Source: an uncultured Flavobacteriaceae bacterium
GTDB lineage: Bacteria; Bacteroidota; Bacteroidia; Flavobacteriales; Flavobacteriaceae
Direction of reading: 5' to 3'
Assembly (NCBI GenBank): GCA_963815225.1
Contig: CAWFGA010000001.1
Location: 258,952-322,951, forward strand
Length of the DNA: 64,000 nt
Shown: positions 9,629 to 20,149 of the stretch, in pieces
Numbering within the stretch: position 1 is the first letter of the stretch
How the letters are laid out: every line of letters begins with the position of its first letter
The notes under the pieces: generated by a model
What the model saw: only the letters and a program-made list of their open reading frames with translations
Database searches by the model: none
What the model was told of the DNA's origin: nothing
Program-made: the position numbers and the translations under genes

Positions 9629-11089
9629 TTGAATCCGCTCAAAAAACTCTTTAAGCAAACTGCAATTTATGGCTTGGCTACGGTCTTGCCACGTATGATT
9701 TCGTTTCTATTGGTCCCCATCTATACCGATGTAATGCCACCTGGCACCTACGGTGAGGTAACCTTAATATTTTCTTGGTTCGCCATTTTCAACGTCTTTC
9801 TTGCCTATGGTATGGAGACGGCATTTTTCCGCTTTTATAAGGAGGCCGAAAACAGAAAAAGGGTCGTTAGCACGGCCCTTATCTCCATTATGGGGTCTAC
9901 ACTGTTGTTCTTGATTGTTGGACTTTTGTTTAAGGGCAAAATAGCCGAGGCACTTAATATTGAAATACAGTTTATAAATTATGTATACGCCATTCTGGCC
10001 TTGGATGCTTTGGTAATCATTCCTTTTGCATGGCTAAGGGCAAATGAAAAACCAATGCGATACGCTTTGGTGAAAATTTTAAACGTGGCCATGAATTTGG
10101 GGCTGAACCTCTTTTTCTTGATCTTGCTGCCTAAAATGGCAGGAGGCACTGAATCCGGCTTTTTTAACACCATTTACATACCAGATTATCAAATACTGTA
10201 CATCCTTATCTCCAACCTTATTGCAAGCGGGGTTACTTTACTATTAATGATCAGGGTTTACATACGAAGGCCCTACGTTTTTGAGGCAGATTTATGGAAA
10301 CGCATGTTACGGTATGCCATGCCGGTCATGGTGGCCGGGGTGGCGTTTACCATTAATGAGGTGTTTGACCGTTACCTATTATCAGAATTGTTGCCACCGG
10401 ATATTGCCAAGAGCGAGATGGGTAAATATTCTGCCTGTTATAAACTGGCTTTATTCATGACCCTTTTTGCAACGGCATTCCGTATGGGTATAGAGCCCTT
10501 CTTCTTTAGCCATTCAGACACCAAGAATCCCCAGAAGGCCTATGCCCAGATCACCAATTACTTTGTGGTATTGGGGAGTATCATTCTACTTTCTGTGGTT
10601 GTGTTCGCAGATGTCCTCAAGAAATTGATTGTCTTGGATGAATCGTATTGGGAAGCGATGCCAGTAGTACCTCTCATTGTATTGGCCAGTTTTTTCCTGG
10701 GCATCTATCATAATCTTTCGGTTTGGTATAAAGTTACGGACAAGACTATTTATGGTGCCTATATTTCCATGATCGGGGCGGTGTTGACGATTGTTATCAA
10801 TTTTATCTTCATCCCCTATTTTAGCTACATGGCTTCTGCAGTAGCTACAGTTACAGCTTACGGGACCATGATGTTCCTTTCCTTTTATTTTGGAAGAATG
10901 TATTACCCCGTTCCCTATAATTTTAGAAAAATTATCTTTTATTTAGGAGTCTCCATCTTGTTTTCTACCCTATCATTTTACATTTTTGATAGAAATCTTT
11001 TTGTAGGTATTCCGCTGTTATTAATATTCTTTGGCTTGGTGTACAAGTTGGAATCCCAGAATCTTAAAAAACTTTTTTTAACCAGATGA
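9629..11089 (+). CDS. Polysaccharide flippase (Wzx/MATE-like)
   Basis: Many TMs, [10 protein letters not shown]; TAACTTTG promoter element at 9575-9582. Confidence 0.85.
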   Translation: MNPLKKLFKQTAIYGLATVLPRMISFLLVPIYTDVMPPGTYGEVTLIFSWFAIFNVFLAYGMETAFFRFYKEAENRKRVVSTALISIMGSTLLFLIVGLLFKGKIAEALNIEIQFINYVYAILALDALVIIPFAWLRANEKPMRYALVKILNVAMNLGLNLFFLILLPKMAGGTESGFFNTIYIPDYQILYILISNLIASGVTLLLMIRVYIRRPYVFEADLWKRMLRYAMPVMVAGVAFTINEVFDRYLLSELLPPDIAKSEMGKYSACYKLALFMTLFATAFRMGIEPFFFSHSDTKNPQKAYAQITNYFVVLGSIILLSVVVFADVLKKLIVLDESYWEAMPVVPLIVLASFFLGIYHNLSVWYKVTDKTIYGAYISMIGAVLTIVINFIFIPYFSYMASAVATVTAYGTMMFLSFYFGRMYYPVPYNFRKIIFYLGVSILFSTLSFYIFDRNLFVGIPLLLIFFGLVYKLESQNLKKLFLTR

Positions 11090-11520
11090 ACATTAAAATA
11101 ATCAACAAATCGGAGCATGATTTGCCGCACTATGAAACGAGTGCTTCGGCGGGTATGGACTTAAGGGCCAATTTAACGGAACCCATTACATTGAAGCCTT
11201 TAGAGCGGGCCATCATTAAAACCGGACTTTTCATTGAACTTCCCGTTGGCATAGAGGCACAGGTTAGACCAAGAAGTGGGTTAGCGGCTAAAAAGGGTAT
11301 CACCGTTCTTAATGCGCCTGGCACGATTGATGCAGATTACAGGGGAGAAGTGGGCGTAATTCTGGTCAACCTATCCAATGAATCCTTTACCATAGAAAAC
11401 GGGGAACGAATTGCCCAGATGGTAATCGCAAAACATGAGCGTGCACAATGGGAGCCAGTTAGTATTTTATCGGAGACCATAAGGGGGGAAGGCGGCTTTG
11501 GTAGCACGGGAGTAAAATAA
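11086..11520 (+). CDS. dut: dUTP diphosphatase
   Basis: [32 protein letters not shown]. Confidence 0.98.
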   Translation: MNIKIINKSEHDLPHYETSASAGMDLRANLTEPITLKPLERAIIKTGLFIELPVGIEAQVRPRSGLAAKKGITVLNAPGTIDADYRGEVGVILVNLSNESFTIENGERIAQMVIAKHERAQWEPVSILSETIRGEGGFGSTGVK

Positions 11521-11544
11521 AACATTCGGTATCTTCAGGATATT

Positions 11545-12486
11545 ATGAAAAAACTATTTTTTTGTGCACTTGCAATGTTGGGATGTTTATCGCCATTGGC
11601 AACGTATGCCCAAGAAGAAGAACAAATAGATGTTGAACAGAGTGCCGAAGTATTTTTGGAGGATTATTCGGATGCCTTTCAAGAGAATTTCTTTGAGGGT
11701 TTAAAGCAGAAGGGAATACAAAATTATGATAGGGCCATTACCTACTTCATGGAGTGCAAGCGGCTGGAGCCACAAAACAGGGTCGTTTCCTTTGAGTTGG
11801 CAAAAGCACACCTTCTGGAAAAGGAATTACTGTCTGCCGAAGAATTTGCACTAGAAGCATTAAATGGGAATCCTGAGAACTATTGGTATGCAGAAGCTTT
11901 GACGGATATCGTTGCGGCCAAAAAATCGAACCTAGATCAAGTTACCTCACAAATACCATGGAACAATGCCATATTGCGAGAAAACATGGCGAAAATCTAT
12001 TTTAACAAGGGGGAATATGAGCTGGCAAAAACCATCATATCAGAAGTAAAAGGGCCAAAAAAATATGCCAATCTGGAAAAGCGGATAATGGACTCCATTG
12101 CCAAAAACAATCTAAAAAAAGAGTCGGTTTCGTTTTCCGTATCGGCGGAAAATACTGGAGAGATCAACGCTATGGAACAGTATAAGGCAAGGATAAAAGG
12201 ACTTATGGGAAACGAGCTGTTCAGTAACTCGATCATACAGCTTTCTGAGGAGGCTATGGAAACATTTCCGGCACAACCTTATTTTTATTACGCCAACGGA
12301 TACGCGCTAAATAGAACCAATAAACATAGGGAAGCAATTGAGCTATTAGAGACTGGGCTTGATTACCTTATTAACGACGTACCCTTAGAGAATTTGATCT
12401 ATAAGGAATTGGCGGAGGCCTATACAGCTATAAATAATCCCGTAAAGGCGGATAGTTATAAACGAAAAATAAAACCTGGTTTTTAA
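11545..12486 (+). CDS. Exported tetratricopeptide repeat protein
   Basis: Signal peptide, TPR-like helices, synteny dut-TPR-DUF4292-envC. Confidence 0.8.
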   Translation: MKKLFFCALAMLGCLSPLATYAQEEEQIDVEQSAEVFLEDYSDAFQENFFEGLKQKGIQNYDRAITYFMECKRLEPQNRVVSFELAKAHLLEKELLSAEEFALEALNGNPENYWYAEALTDIVAAKKSNLDQVTSQIPWNNAILRENMAKIYFNKGEYELAKTIISEVKGPKKYANLEKRIMDSIAKNNLKKESVSFSVSAENTGEINAMEQYKARIKGLMGNELFSNSIIQLSEEAMETFPAQPYFYYANGYALNRTNKHREAIELLETGLDYLINDVPLENLIYKELAEAYTAINNPVKADSYKRKIKPGF

Positions 12487-13271
12487 TGAGGAAATTTTTG
12501 AGCAAGCGTAATGGAAGTCAGTTTTTATGGATTGCTTTGGTGGTCATCGTTACCTCATGTAAGGGCACCAAGGTGGTTACTGGCGGAGCGGTAGATGAAA
12601 GGCTCTCGGCGAAAGCCGTTATAAAGGCCCATTATCAAAATGAAACTAATTTTAGGACCTTGAACGGCAGAGTTCGCATTGGCTATATAAACGGTGACGA
12701 TGCTCAGAATGTGTCGGTAAGCATCCGTATGGAAAAGGATAAGGCAATTTGGATCAGTGCACCGCTTGGTATCGTTAAGGCCTATATTACGCCAGACCGG
12801 GTTTCGTTCTATAATAAGTTGGAAAATGAATATTTTGACGGGGATTTTAATTATTTAAGTAATTTGTTGGGTACGCAAATTGATTTTTCCATTTTGCAAA
12901 ATCTTTTAACCGGACAGGCAATCGTAGACCTGAGACAAGAAAAATATGTGATAGATATAGCTGAAGGTTCCTATAGGCTCGTTCCCAAACTGCAAGGAGT
13001 ATTGTACAAGACCTTGTTCAGGGTAGAGCCAAAGAATTTTAAGATGGGCGTGCAACAGCTTTCACAGCCTTTGGAGAAACGATTATTGGAAATATCCTAC
13101 GAAAACTACCAAAAGATAGACAGGGAGGTTTTTCCAAATGAAATTGGTATAAAGGTGATTTCAGAAAATAATCAGAATACTATAGAATTGGAATTCCGGA
13201 ATATCGAATTCAACGGTCCGGTAAATTTTCCATATAAAATACCGAAAGGTTTTAAAGAAATAGAATTATAG
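12486..13271 (+). CDS. DUF4292 family lipoprotein
   Basis: Lipobox VTSC, IRMEKDKAIWIS, C-terminal FPYKIPKGF. Confidence 0.8.
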   Translation: MRKFLSKRNGSQFLWIALVVIVTSCKGTKVVTGGAVDERLSAKAVIKAHYQNETNFRTLNGRVRIGYINGDDAQNVSVSIRMEKDKAIWISAPLGIVKAYITPDRVSFYNKLENEYFDGDFNYLSNLLGTQIDFSILQNLLTGQAIVDLRQEKYVIDIAEGSYRLVPKLQGVLYKTLFRVEPKNFKMGVQQLSQPLEKRLLEISYENYQKIDREVFPNEIGIKVISENNQNTIELEFRNIEFNGPVNFPYKIPKGFKEIEL

Positions 13272-13276
13272 GCACC

Positions 13277-14506
13277 ATGCACTATAACCCATTTTATAAG
13301 CTTTTATTACTGGTGCTTTTAGTGGCGCCGGTCATTTCATGTTTCGCCCAGACCAGCGAACAGAAGGCACTTGAGGAAAAACGGGAGCGCCTTCAATCTG
13401 AAATAAGGGATATAAACCGGTTGCTTTTTGCGGAAAAGAAAGAAAAAGGCAACGTTTTGGATCAAATGGAAGCATTGGACAAAAAAATAAACGTGCGTCA
13501 GCAGCTTATACGGGTGACCAACCAACAGTCCAATTTATTGAACCGGCAAATCAACACGAACATCAGAAATATTGGAAAACTACGGTCCGAACTGGAGGAG
13601 GTAAAAGAGGAATATGCCGTAATGATCCAAAAATCGTATCAGAACAAATCCAAACAGAACCGGCTTATGTTCCTAATGTCCTCAGAGAGCTTTTTTCAGG
13701 CCTTCAAAAGGCTTCAGTATATGAAGCAATATACAGATTACAGAAAGGAACAGGGAGCGCAGATATTGGCCAAAACCGAGGAGTTGTCTAGGCTTAATGC
13801 AGATTTGAACGAGGAACGAAAGGTCAAGGAAGTACTCTTGGCCCAAAACAAGAAGGCGAAAGACCAATTGTTTGCTGAGATTCAAACCCAAAAGGCACTT
13901 TTGGGTACCATACGCAAAAATGAAAGCAAGTATGCAAGTGCCATAGAGGCTAAAAAGCGGGAGGCCCGTAAAATTGATGAACAAATTGAAAAATTAATAC
14001 GAAGCGCCATTGCAGCCTCCAATAAAGCGTCTGGAAATACTACCAAAAGCACAAGTAAGTTCGTCCTTACCCCGGAAGCGACCATTGTGGCCAATAATTT
14101 TTCCGCCAATAAGGGGAAATTGATCTGGCCGGTAGAAAAGGGTATAAAAAGTCAGGGTTTTGGTGTTTATAGCGATCCCGTATATCCTGGTATCAAGCAT
14201 CAAAGTAATGGCGTTATTATTGCTACTGACCCTGGAGCCAAGGCACGCGCTATTTTTGAAGGTGAGGTCATTGCAATTCTTGCCGTGCCTGGGGGGAACA
14301 AGGGGGTCCAAATCAAACATGGTAATTTTATAAGTACCTATTACAATCTTTCTGATCTATCTGTTAAAAAGGGCGATAAGGTGGCAAGTAAATCAGAATT
14401 GGGAACGGTCTTCACCAATCAAGTGAATGGCCAAACACGCCTTAAATTTTATTTATACCAAGATACATCACGGTTGAACCCAGAGGAATGGGTGTACCGA
14501 CTTTAA
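13277..14506 (+). CDS. envC: Murein hydrolase activator EnvC family (coiled coil plus degenerate M23)
   Basis: Signal peptide, long coiled coil, KGKLIWPV...IKHG..STYYNL. Confidence 0.8.
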   Translation: MHYNPFYKLLLLVLLVAPVISCFAQTSEQKALEEKRERLQSEIRDINRLLFAEKKEKGNVLDQMEALDKKINVRQQLIRVTNQQSNLLNRQINTNIRNIGKLRSELEEVKEEYAVMIQKSYQNKSKQNRLMFLMSSESFFQAFKRLQYMKQYTDYRKEQGAQILAKTEELSRLNADLNEERKVKEVLLAQNKKAKDQLFAEIQTQKALLGTIRKNESKYASAIEAKKREARKIDEQIEKLIRSAIAASNKASGNTTKSTSKFVLTPEATIVANNFSANKGKLIWPVEKGIKSQGFGVYSDPVYPGIKHQSNGVIIATDPGAKARAIFEGEVIAILAVPGGNKGVQIKHGNFISTYYNLSDLSVKKGDKVASKSELGTVFTNQVNGQTRLKFYLYQDTSRLNPEEWVYRL

Positions 14507-14518
14507 AATAGATACAAT

Positions 14519-15363
14519 ATGGCAAGTATTTTTGAAATAACGGATATTAAGGGCACTTTTACGCTGCATAATGGGGTAGAAATGCCTTATTTGGGATTGG
14601 GCACGTATCAATCCGATAATGACCGGGAGGTCGTAGAGGCTATAAAAACAGCCGTTGACGTGGGCTATCGACATATAGATACGGCATCGGTCTACAAGAA
14701 TGAGGAAGGTGTAGGAGAAGGAATCAGGGAGAGTGCGGTTTCCCGTAAGGATATTTTCGTTACAAGCAAGGTCTGGAACTCCGATCAGGGCTATGATGCA
14801 ACGTTAAGGGCATTTGATGATAGCCTAGTACGGTTAGGAATGGAATATTTGGATTTGTATCTGATCCATTGGCCCGAACCTGGGAAATACAAAGAAACTT
14901 GGAAGGCTTTGGAACGTTTATACGCTGAGAAACGGGTTAGGGCCATAGGTGTGAGTAATTTTTTACGGCACCATTTGGAGGATGTACTTAAAGATGGGGA
15001 AGTAGTTCCTATGGTCAACCAAATGGAGTTCCACCCCCATTTGGTACAGCAAGATTTGATTGACTTTTGCAGAAAAAATACCATTCAGTATGAGTCTTGG
15101 TCGCCCTTTATGCAAGGGAAACTTTTTGAATTGGATCTATGTTCCGGATTGGAAAAAAAGTATGGAAAGTCTGCTGCACAGCTTATCTTACGTTGGAATT
15201 TACAAAAAGGAGTAGTGGCTATCCCCAAATCTGTGCATGCAAAACGAATTAAATCCAATGCAGCTATTTTGACTTTGAATTAGCTCCGGAAGACGTTTCC
15301 TTTTTGGATAGTTTGGAAAATGGCGAACGTACCGGACCGGACCCCGATAATTTTGATTTTTAA
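14519..15363 (+). CDS. Aldo/keto reductase; missing T in TTTT 15267-15270 (probable sequencing error)
   Basis: GYRHIDTA..Y.NE, DLYLIHWP, IPKS; shifted frame continues FDFEL...RTGPDPDNFDF* to 15363. Confidence 0.9.
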
Positions 15364-15878
15364 CCTCCTTTGGTAAAGAGAGCCTTTAATTCGGTAGCAT
15401 CGTCCGGTTTCATTTTCCCGGCAAGGACCAAACTTAATTGCTTTCTGCGCAGGGCGCCATCGTAGCGTAGTTTTTCCAACTCTGTTTCCGGTACAAGTTC
15501 GGGTACTTCCGTTGGTTTCCCCGTTTCATCAACAGCAACAAAGGTATAAATGGCCTCATTCGCCTTGGTTCGTTTACCATTGTAACGGTCTTCTATCCAT
15601 ACATCCAAATACACCTCCATAGATGTGGTATAGGCCCTTGAGACGACGGCTTCTACAGTAACAACGCTCCCCAATGGAATGGCTAGGTTAAATGCAACGT
15701 GGTTTACAGAGGCCGTTACCGTAATTCTCCTACTATGTCTACCGGCGGCTATACTCGCAGCACGATCCATACGCGCCAAAAGTTCGCCACCAAATAAGTT
15801 TTGAAGGGCATTGGTCTCACTAGGGAGTACCATATCGGTCATTGTAGTTCTGGATTGTGCAGGTGTTTTGCTTTCCAT
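15360..15878 (-). CDS. Acyl-CoA thioesterase (hot-dog fold)
   Basis: NLFGGELLARMD, YTFVAVDE; CAAAGATA promoter element at 15895-15902. Confidence 0.92.
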   Translation of the reverse strand: MESKTPAQSRTTMTDMVLPSETNALQNLFGGELLARMDRAASIAAGRHSRRITVTASVNHVAFNLAIPLGSVVTVEAVVSRAYTTSMEVYLDVWIEDRYNGKRTKANEAIYTFVAVDETGKPTEVPELVPETELEKLRYDGALRRKQLSLVLAGKMKPDDATELKALFTKGG

Positions 15879-15938
15879 CAATTGAAATTTTCCGCAAAGA
15901 TACGGGCATCATTGAATCCTTATAAAATGTGGGTAGCT

Positions 15939-16901
15939 TTATTTTTTGGAAAGTAACCAAGCATCCTGAGACTGTGTGCGCTTAATCTCGCGAAGGGCTA
16001 CCAAGGCATCCTCAGGATTTGTGTAACGGGCATAGGTAACAACATGTAGCCCATAACCATTGGTGCCAAAATAAGCTGCATCATACCCCTTTCCTTGAAG
16101 TTCTTCGATTTTTCTATTCGCGTTTGCCTTGATCCGGAAGGCTCCGGCTACAATATGGTGCATTTCACCGGTAGCGTTGGCAGGCAATACGTCTGTCTTT
16201 GCATTTACAGTGACGGTTGGCAATTCCAATGGTGCCATATCAAAAAAAGTAGCTTCCTGTATTTGTTTGGTTACATACTCCTGGGCGTCTTGGCGCGCAA
16301 CTTGTGAATTGGCACGCTGTTGATGATATACGCGGTAACCGGTTACGCCCGTTGAAAAGGCCAAAAGCAAAATGGCGGCATATTTCAAATAAGGCCTAAT
16401 ACCTTTACTTTCCCTACGCTCCGGACTTATAACAAACGGTATTTTTTCTTCGATTGCTACTACTTCTTCTTTTAAAACCTCCCGGGTAACGGGCATGGCA
16501 TTTAAATTAGAAAGCCCAAAGGACGAGGTCAGGTAATTGGGTTCGTAAGCGGGTTGAAATAACACTTTACCCTCCATGGTGGTTGTGAGCAGGCCAATAT
16601 TCCTTAAAGTTAAGGATCCATCTTTCCTTAGGGTAGAGTTCCACCATTTTACGCGTTCTTCAATGGCTAAGAGCGTGGCTTCAAAAGACATTTTTTCAGA
16701 TTCTGAAATATAAGACACCAATAGTCCATCGTTCGATACCAACTGACCGTTAAACGCTATTGATTTGCTCGGGGCAAAAAATGTATTTGTATCTTGGTTG
16801 ATGCGGGCGGCGGTTTTTTGGGCGAGAAATGCTCCAAAGCCAGGTACAACAATGCAGTTGTACCGATATAATAATTCGCCTATATAGTGTTCTAGTACCA
16901 T
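15939..16901 (-). CDS. HU-CCDC81-like / SPOR domain membrane protein
   Basis: ELLYRYNCIVVPGFGAF and NDGLL N-terminal motifs, one TM, C-terminal SPOR (HIVAGAFR...AWLL). Confidence 0.8.
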   Translation of the reverse strand: MVLEHYIGELLYRYNCIVVPGFGAFLAQKTAARINQDTNTFFAPSKSIAFNGQLVSNDGLLVSYISESEKMSFEATLLAIEERVKWWNSTLRKDGSLTLRNIGLLTTTMEGKVLFQPAYEPNYLTSSFGLSNLNAMPVTREVLKEEVVAIEEKIPFVISPERRESKGIRPYLKYAAILLLAFSTGVTGYRVYHQQRANSQVARQDAQEYVTKQIQEATFFDMAPLELPTVTVNAKTDVLPANATGEMHHIVAGAFRIKANANRKIEELQGKGYDAAYFGTNGYGLHVVTYARYTNPEDALVALREIKRTQSQDAWLLSKK

Positions 16902-16993
16902 ACCTGCGCAAATATGAAAAAAATAAAGGGGCTTAAAAACCTCTTTCGTAACTTTTTATTAACATACTTTTTCACCCAATTGTTAGGCTTTAG

Positions 16994-18112
16994 ATGACTG
17001 CACCACAACACACTGCTGATGAACTCGTTGCAATGCTACGCTTGCAACGCGTACCAAACATTGGAGATGTCCTGGCAAAGAAACTCATTTCACACTGTGG
17101 TAGTCCAACGGCCATTTTTGCCGACAAGAAGCAACACCTACTGAAAATAGACGGTATTGGAACGCACACAATACGGCATCTTTTTGATACGGAACATTTG
17201 GAAGCCGCTGCAGCGGAGTACAAGTATCTGGTTAAGAATGCAATTTCCTGCGCCTATTTTATGGACGAAAGGTATCCCGCTTATCTAAAGCATTGTCTTG
17301 ACGGGCCTCTATTGGTATTCCACAAGGGAAGTATTGACTTGCAACAGCGCAAAATCATTAGTGTGGTGGGTACCCGTAACATTACGAGTTATGGTGTGGC
17401 CTTTTGTGAGCAGTTTATTGCAGATATCGCTCCGTTAAACCCTATTATCGTGAGTGGTTTTGCCTATGGTGTCGATATCTGCGTACAGCGCGAGGCCATT
17501 AAACATGGGTTGCAGACCATTGGTTGTTTGGCGCATGGTCTAAATCAAATCTACCCCAAGTTGCATGCAAAATACCAACCGGATGTATTGAAGAACGGAG
17601 GCTTTTTCACGGAATTTTGGAGCACTAGCACTCCTGAGCGGGAGAATTTCCTAAAACGGAACCGCATCATTGCAGGGATGTCTGAAGCTACCGTAGTCGT
17701 AGAATCTGCCGAAAAAGGGGGAAGCTTGGTCACGGCAGATATCGCCAATAGCTATAACCGCGATGTTTTTGCAGTACCAGGAAGGATGAGCGATAAATTT
17801 AGTCTGGGATGTAATAACCTTATTAAACAGCAAAAAGCACACATGTTGACTTCAGCTGCAGATTTAATATATCTATTGGATTGGGATCTGCAGGAAAAAC
17901 AGAACAATAGTATACAAAAACAATTGTTTGTGGATTTAGATGAAATTGAGCAAGATATCTACAGTTATTTACAGAATAATGGAAAACAATTGTTGGATCG
18001 TATTGCCTTGGAATGCCATATTCCCATTTTTAAGGCCTCTTCTACCCTTTTGAACATGGAGATGAAAGGGGTAATACGGCCTTTACCAGGAAAATTGTTC
18101 GAGGCCATCTAG
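16994..18112 (+). CDS. dprA: DNA-processing protein DprA
   Basis: VVGTR, IVSGFAYGVD, FLKRNRIIAG, GSLVTA, FAVPG. Confidence 0.96.
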   Translation: MTAPQHTADELVAMLRLQRVPNIGDVLAKKLISHCGSPTAIFADKKQHLLKIDGIGTHTIRHLFDTEHLEAAAAEYKYLVKNAISCAYFMDERYPAYLKHCLDGPLLVFHKGSIDLQQRKIISVVGTRNITSYGVAFCEQFIADIAPLNPIIVSGFAYGVDICVQREAIKHGLQTIGCLAHGLNQIYPKLHAKYQPDVLKNGGFFTEFWSTSTPERENFLKRNRIIAGMSEATVVVESAEKGGSLVTADIANSYNRDVFAVPGRMSDKFSLGCNNLIKQQKAHMLTSAADLIYLLDWDLQEKQNNSIQKQLFVDLDEIEQDIYSYLQNNGKQLLDRIALECHIPIFKASSTLLNMEMKGVIRPLPGKLFEAI

Positions 18113-18320
18113 TATTTTAACCACAGACTATCCAGTCTCTGAAACACTTTTTTAGGGTTAATGCATTAATCAAAAGGGTATTTGAACGATTATTTCCTTT
18201 TTAAAATCTAGTGTTGGATTTTAGCTTTATGCAGCACGAAATGTAAATACTGACCACTTGGTTTGTAAGACCAAAATGATTTCTTTCAAGCGTATTGCTA
18301 AGATGTAGTGGGACAGGAAT

Positions 18321-18342
18321 AAAAAAACCCAATCCATTGGGG
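18321..18342 (-). terminator. Intrinsic terminator after trpS
   Basis: CCCAAT-CC-ATTGGG stem next to an A-run (T-run on minus strand). Confidence 0.55.
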
Positions 18343-18354
18343 GTAAGATAAGGC

Positions 18355-19323
18355 TTAATACCCTAATTTTTCCCGTACACGCGTTAGCACGCCATTCGCC
18401 ACTTTCCCTGCCTTTTCAGCCCCTATGGCCAATGCTTCATCTACTTCGCTCAAGTGGCTCATGTAATATTCAAATTTTTCGCGTGGCCGCTCAAACTTGT
18501 TTAAAATCAATTCGTACAGGGCTTGTTTTGCATGCCCATAGCCATAATTTCCGGCAAGGTAATTGGCGGTCATTTCCTCTATTTCCGGTTGCGAGGCCAA
18601 TATTTTGTACAGGGCGAAAACAGTATCGTTTGTTGGGTCCTTAGGGTCTTCCATCGAAGTACTGTCCGTTTGTATTCCCATAATCTGCTTACGCAGCTGT
18701 TTATCAGTCTGAAAAATACTGATCAAATTTCCTTTGCTTTTGCTCATTTTGGCCCCATCTGTTCCTGGAATGTACATGGTTTCCTCCTGTACCTTCCCAT
18801 CCGGTAGTACAAACGTTTCCCCTAATTGGGTATGAAAGCGTGAAGCTACATCGCGGGTTATTTCTATATGTTGCATTTGATCCTTACCAACAGGAACAAT
18901 ATGGGCATCGTACAATAATATATCTGCGGCCATTAACATTGGATAGGTAAAAAGACCGGCATTGACATCCTCCAGGCGATCGGCCTTATCCTTAAAAGAA
19001 TGGGCTAACGTTAGACGTTGATAAGGGAAAAAGCAGCTCAAATACCAGGAAAGTTCTGCTACTTGTGGTACATCACTCTGTCTGTAAAAGACCGTTTTCT
19101 CAATATCCAGGCCAAAGGCAAGCCAAGTCGCCGCTGTGGCATACGTATTTTGCCGTAATTGTTCCCCATTTTTTATTTGAGTGAGGGAATGCATGTCCGC
19201 AATGAACAAAAATGATTCATTTTTTGGATCCTGGGCCATGTCTATTGCCGGGATTATTGCACCTAGAATGTTCCCTAAATGCGGTGTGCCCGTACTTTGT
19301 ATGCCTGTTAGTATTCTTGCCAT
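18355..19323 (-). CDS. trpS: Tryptophan--tRNA ligase
   Basis: HLGN (HIGH), YPMLMAADILLY, VPVGKDQ, KMSKS. Confidence 0.98.
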   Translation of the reverse strand: MARILTGIQSTGTPHLGNILGAIIPAIDMAQDPKNESFLFIADMHSLTQIKNGEQLRQNTYATAATWLAFGLDIEKTVFYRQSDVPQVAELSWYLSCFFPYQRLTLAHSFKDKADRLEDVNAGLFTYPMLMAADILLYDAHIVPVGKDQMQHIEITRDVASRFHTQLGETFVLPDGKVQEETMYIPGTDGAKMSKSKGNLISIFQTDKQLRKQIMGIQTDSTSMEDPKDPTNDTVFALYKILASQPEIEEMTANYLAGNYGYGHAKQALYELILNKFERPREKFEYYMSHLSEVDEALAIGAEKAGKVANGVLTRVREKLGY

Positions 19324-19393
19324 TTACTTCGGTTTTAAGTGCGCAAAGGTAAAACAAATCAAAAAAGAGACGCTAAATAACTACTTTTGATTT

Positions 19394-20149
19394 ATGCTAA
19401 AAGTGGTCAAACAAACTGGTCAAGCCTTATATCGTATTTGGTTTTATGTTCTGGTGGCGCTCCCCATAATTCTCTTTTTCCCCTTTTTGGTCATTTTGGC
19501 CTCTAAGGAAACTTGGTATCCCCAATTTTTTTGGATGGCACGCAACCTTTGGGCAAAACCTATATTATATGGAATGTGCTGTAGGCCCCGTATTAGGTAT
19601 GAGCAGCAAATGAAAAAGGGGGAGAGTTATATGCTTGTGGCCAACCATACGAGTATGCTAGATATTATGCTGATGCTCGTGGTAAGTAGGAATCCGTTTG
19701 TTTTTGTGGGAAAGAAGGAATTGGTGAACATACCGCTGTTCGGGTTTTTCTATAAGCGGGTGTGCATTATGGTGGACAGGAAAGATACCCAAAGCCGTAC
19801 GGGGGTTTATAGACGAGCGCAAAAACGATTAAAACAAGGATTGAGCATCTGTATTTTTCCCGAGGGTGGTGTACCCGAAGAACATATCTTATTGGATAAT
19901 TTTAAGGATGGTGCCTTTAAAATGGCCATTGCCCATCAAATTCCGGTTGTGCCAATGACATTTTATGATAACAAGGCCAGGTTCCCATTTTCATTTTTTA
20001 GCGGAGGTCCTGGAAAATGTAGGACTAAGGTGCATTCATTTATAGCTACGGGGAAACTAGAGGAATCGCAAAAGTCCGAACTTCGCAATAGGGTGCGCAC
20101 TTTAATACTTCATGACTTACAGAACGATAATGTTGGCAGGGCGGTTTAA
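19394..20149 (+). CDS. Lysophospholipid acyltransferase (PlsC family)
   Basis: NHTSMLD and IFPEG motifs. Confidence 0.9.
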   Translation: MLKVVKQTGQALYRIWFYVLVALPIILFFPFLVILASKETWYPQFFWMARNLWAKPILYGMCCRPRIRYEQQMKKGESYMLVANHTSMLDIMLMLVVSRNPFVFVGKKELVNIPLFGFFYKRVCIMVDRKDTQSRTGVYRRAQKRLKQGLSICIFPEGGVPEEHILLDNFKDGAFKMAIAHQIPVVPMTFYDNKARFPFSFFSGGPGKCRTKVHSFIATGKLEESQKSELRNRVRTLILHDLQNDNVGRAV

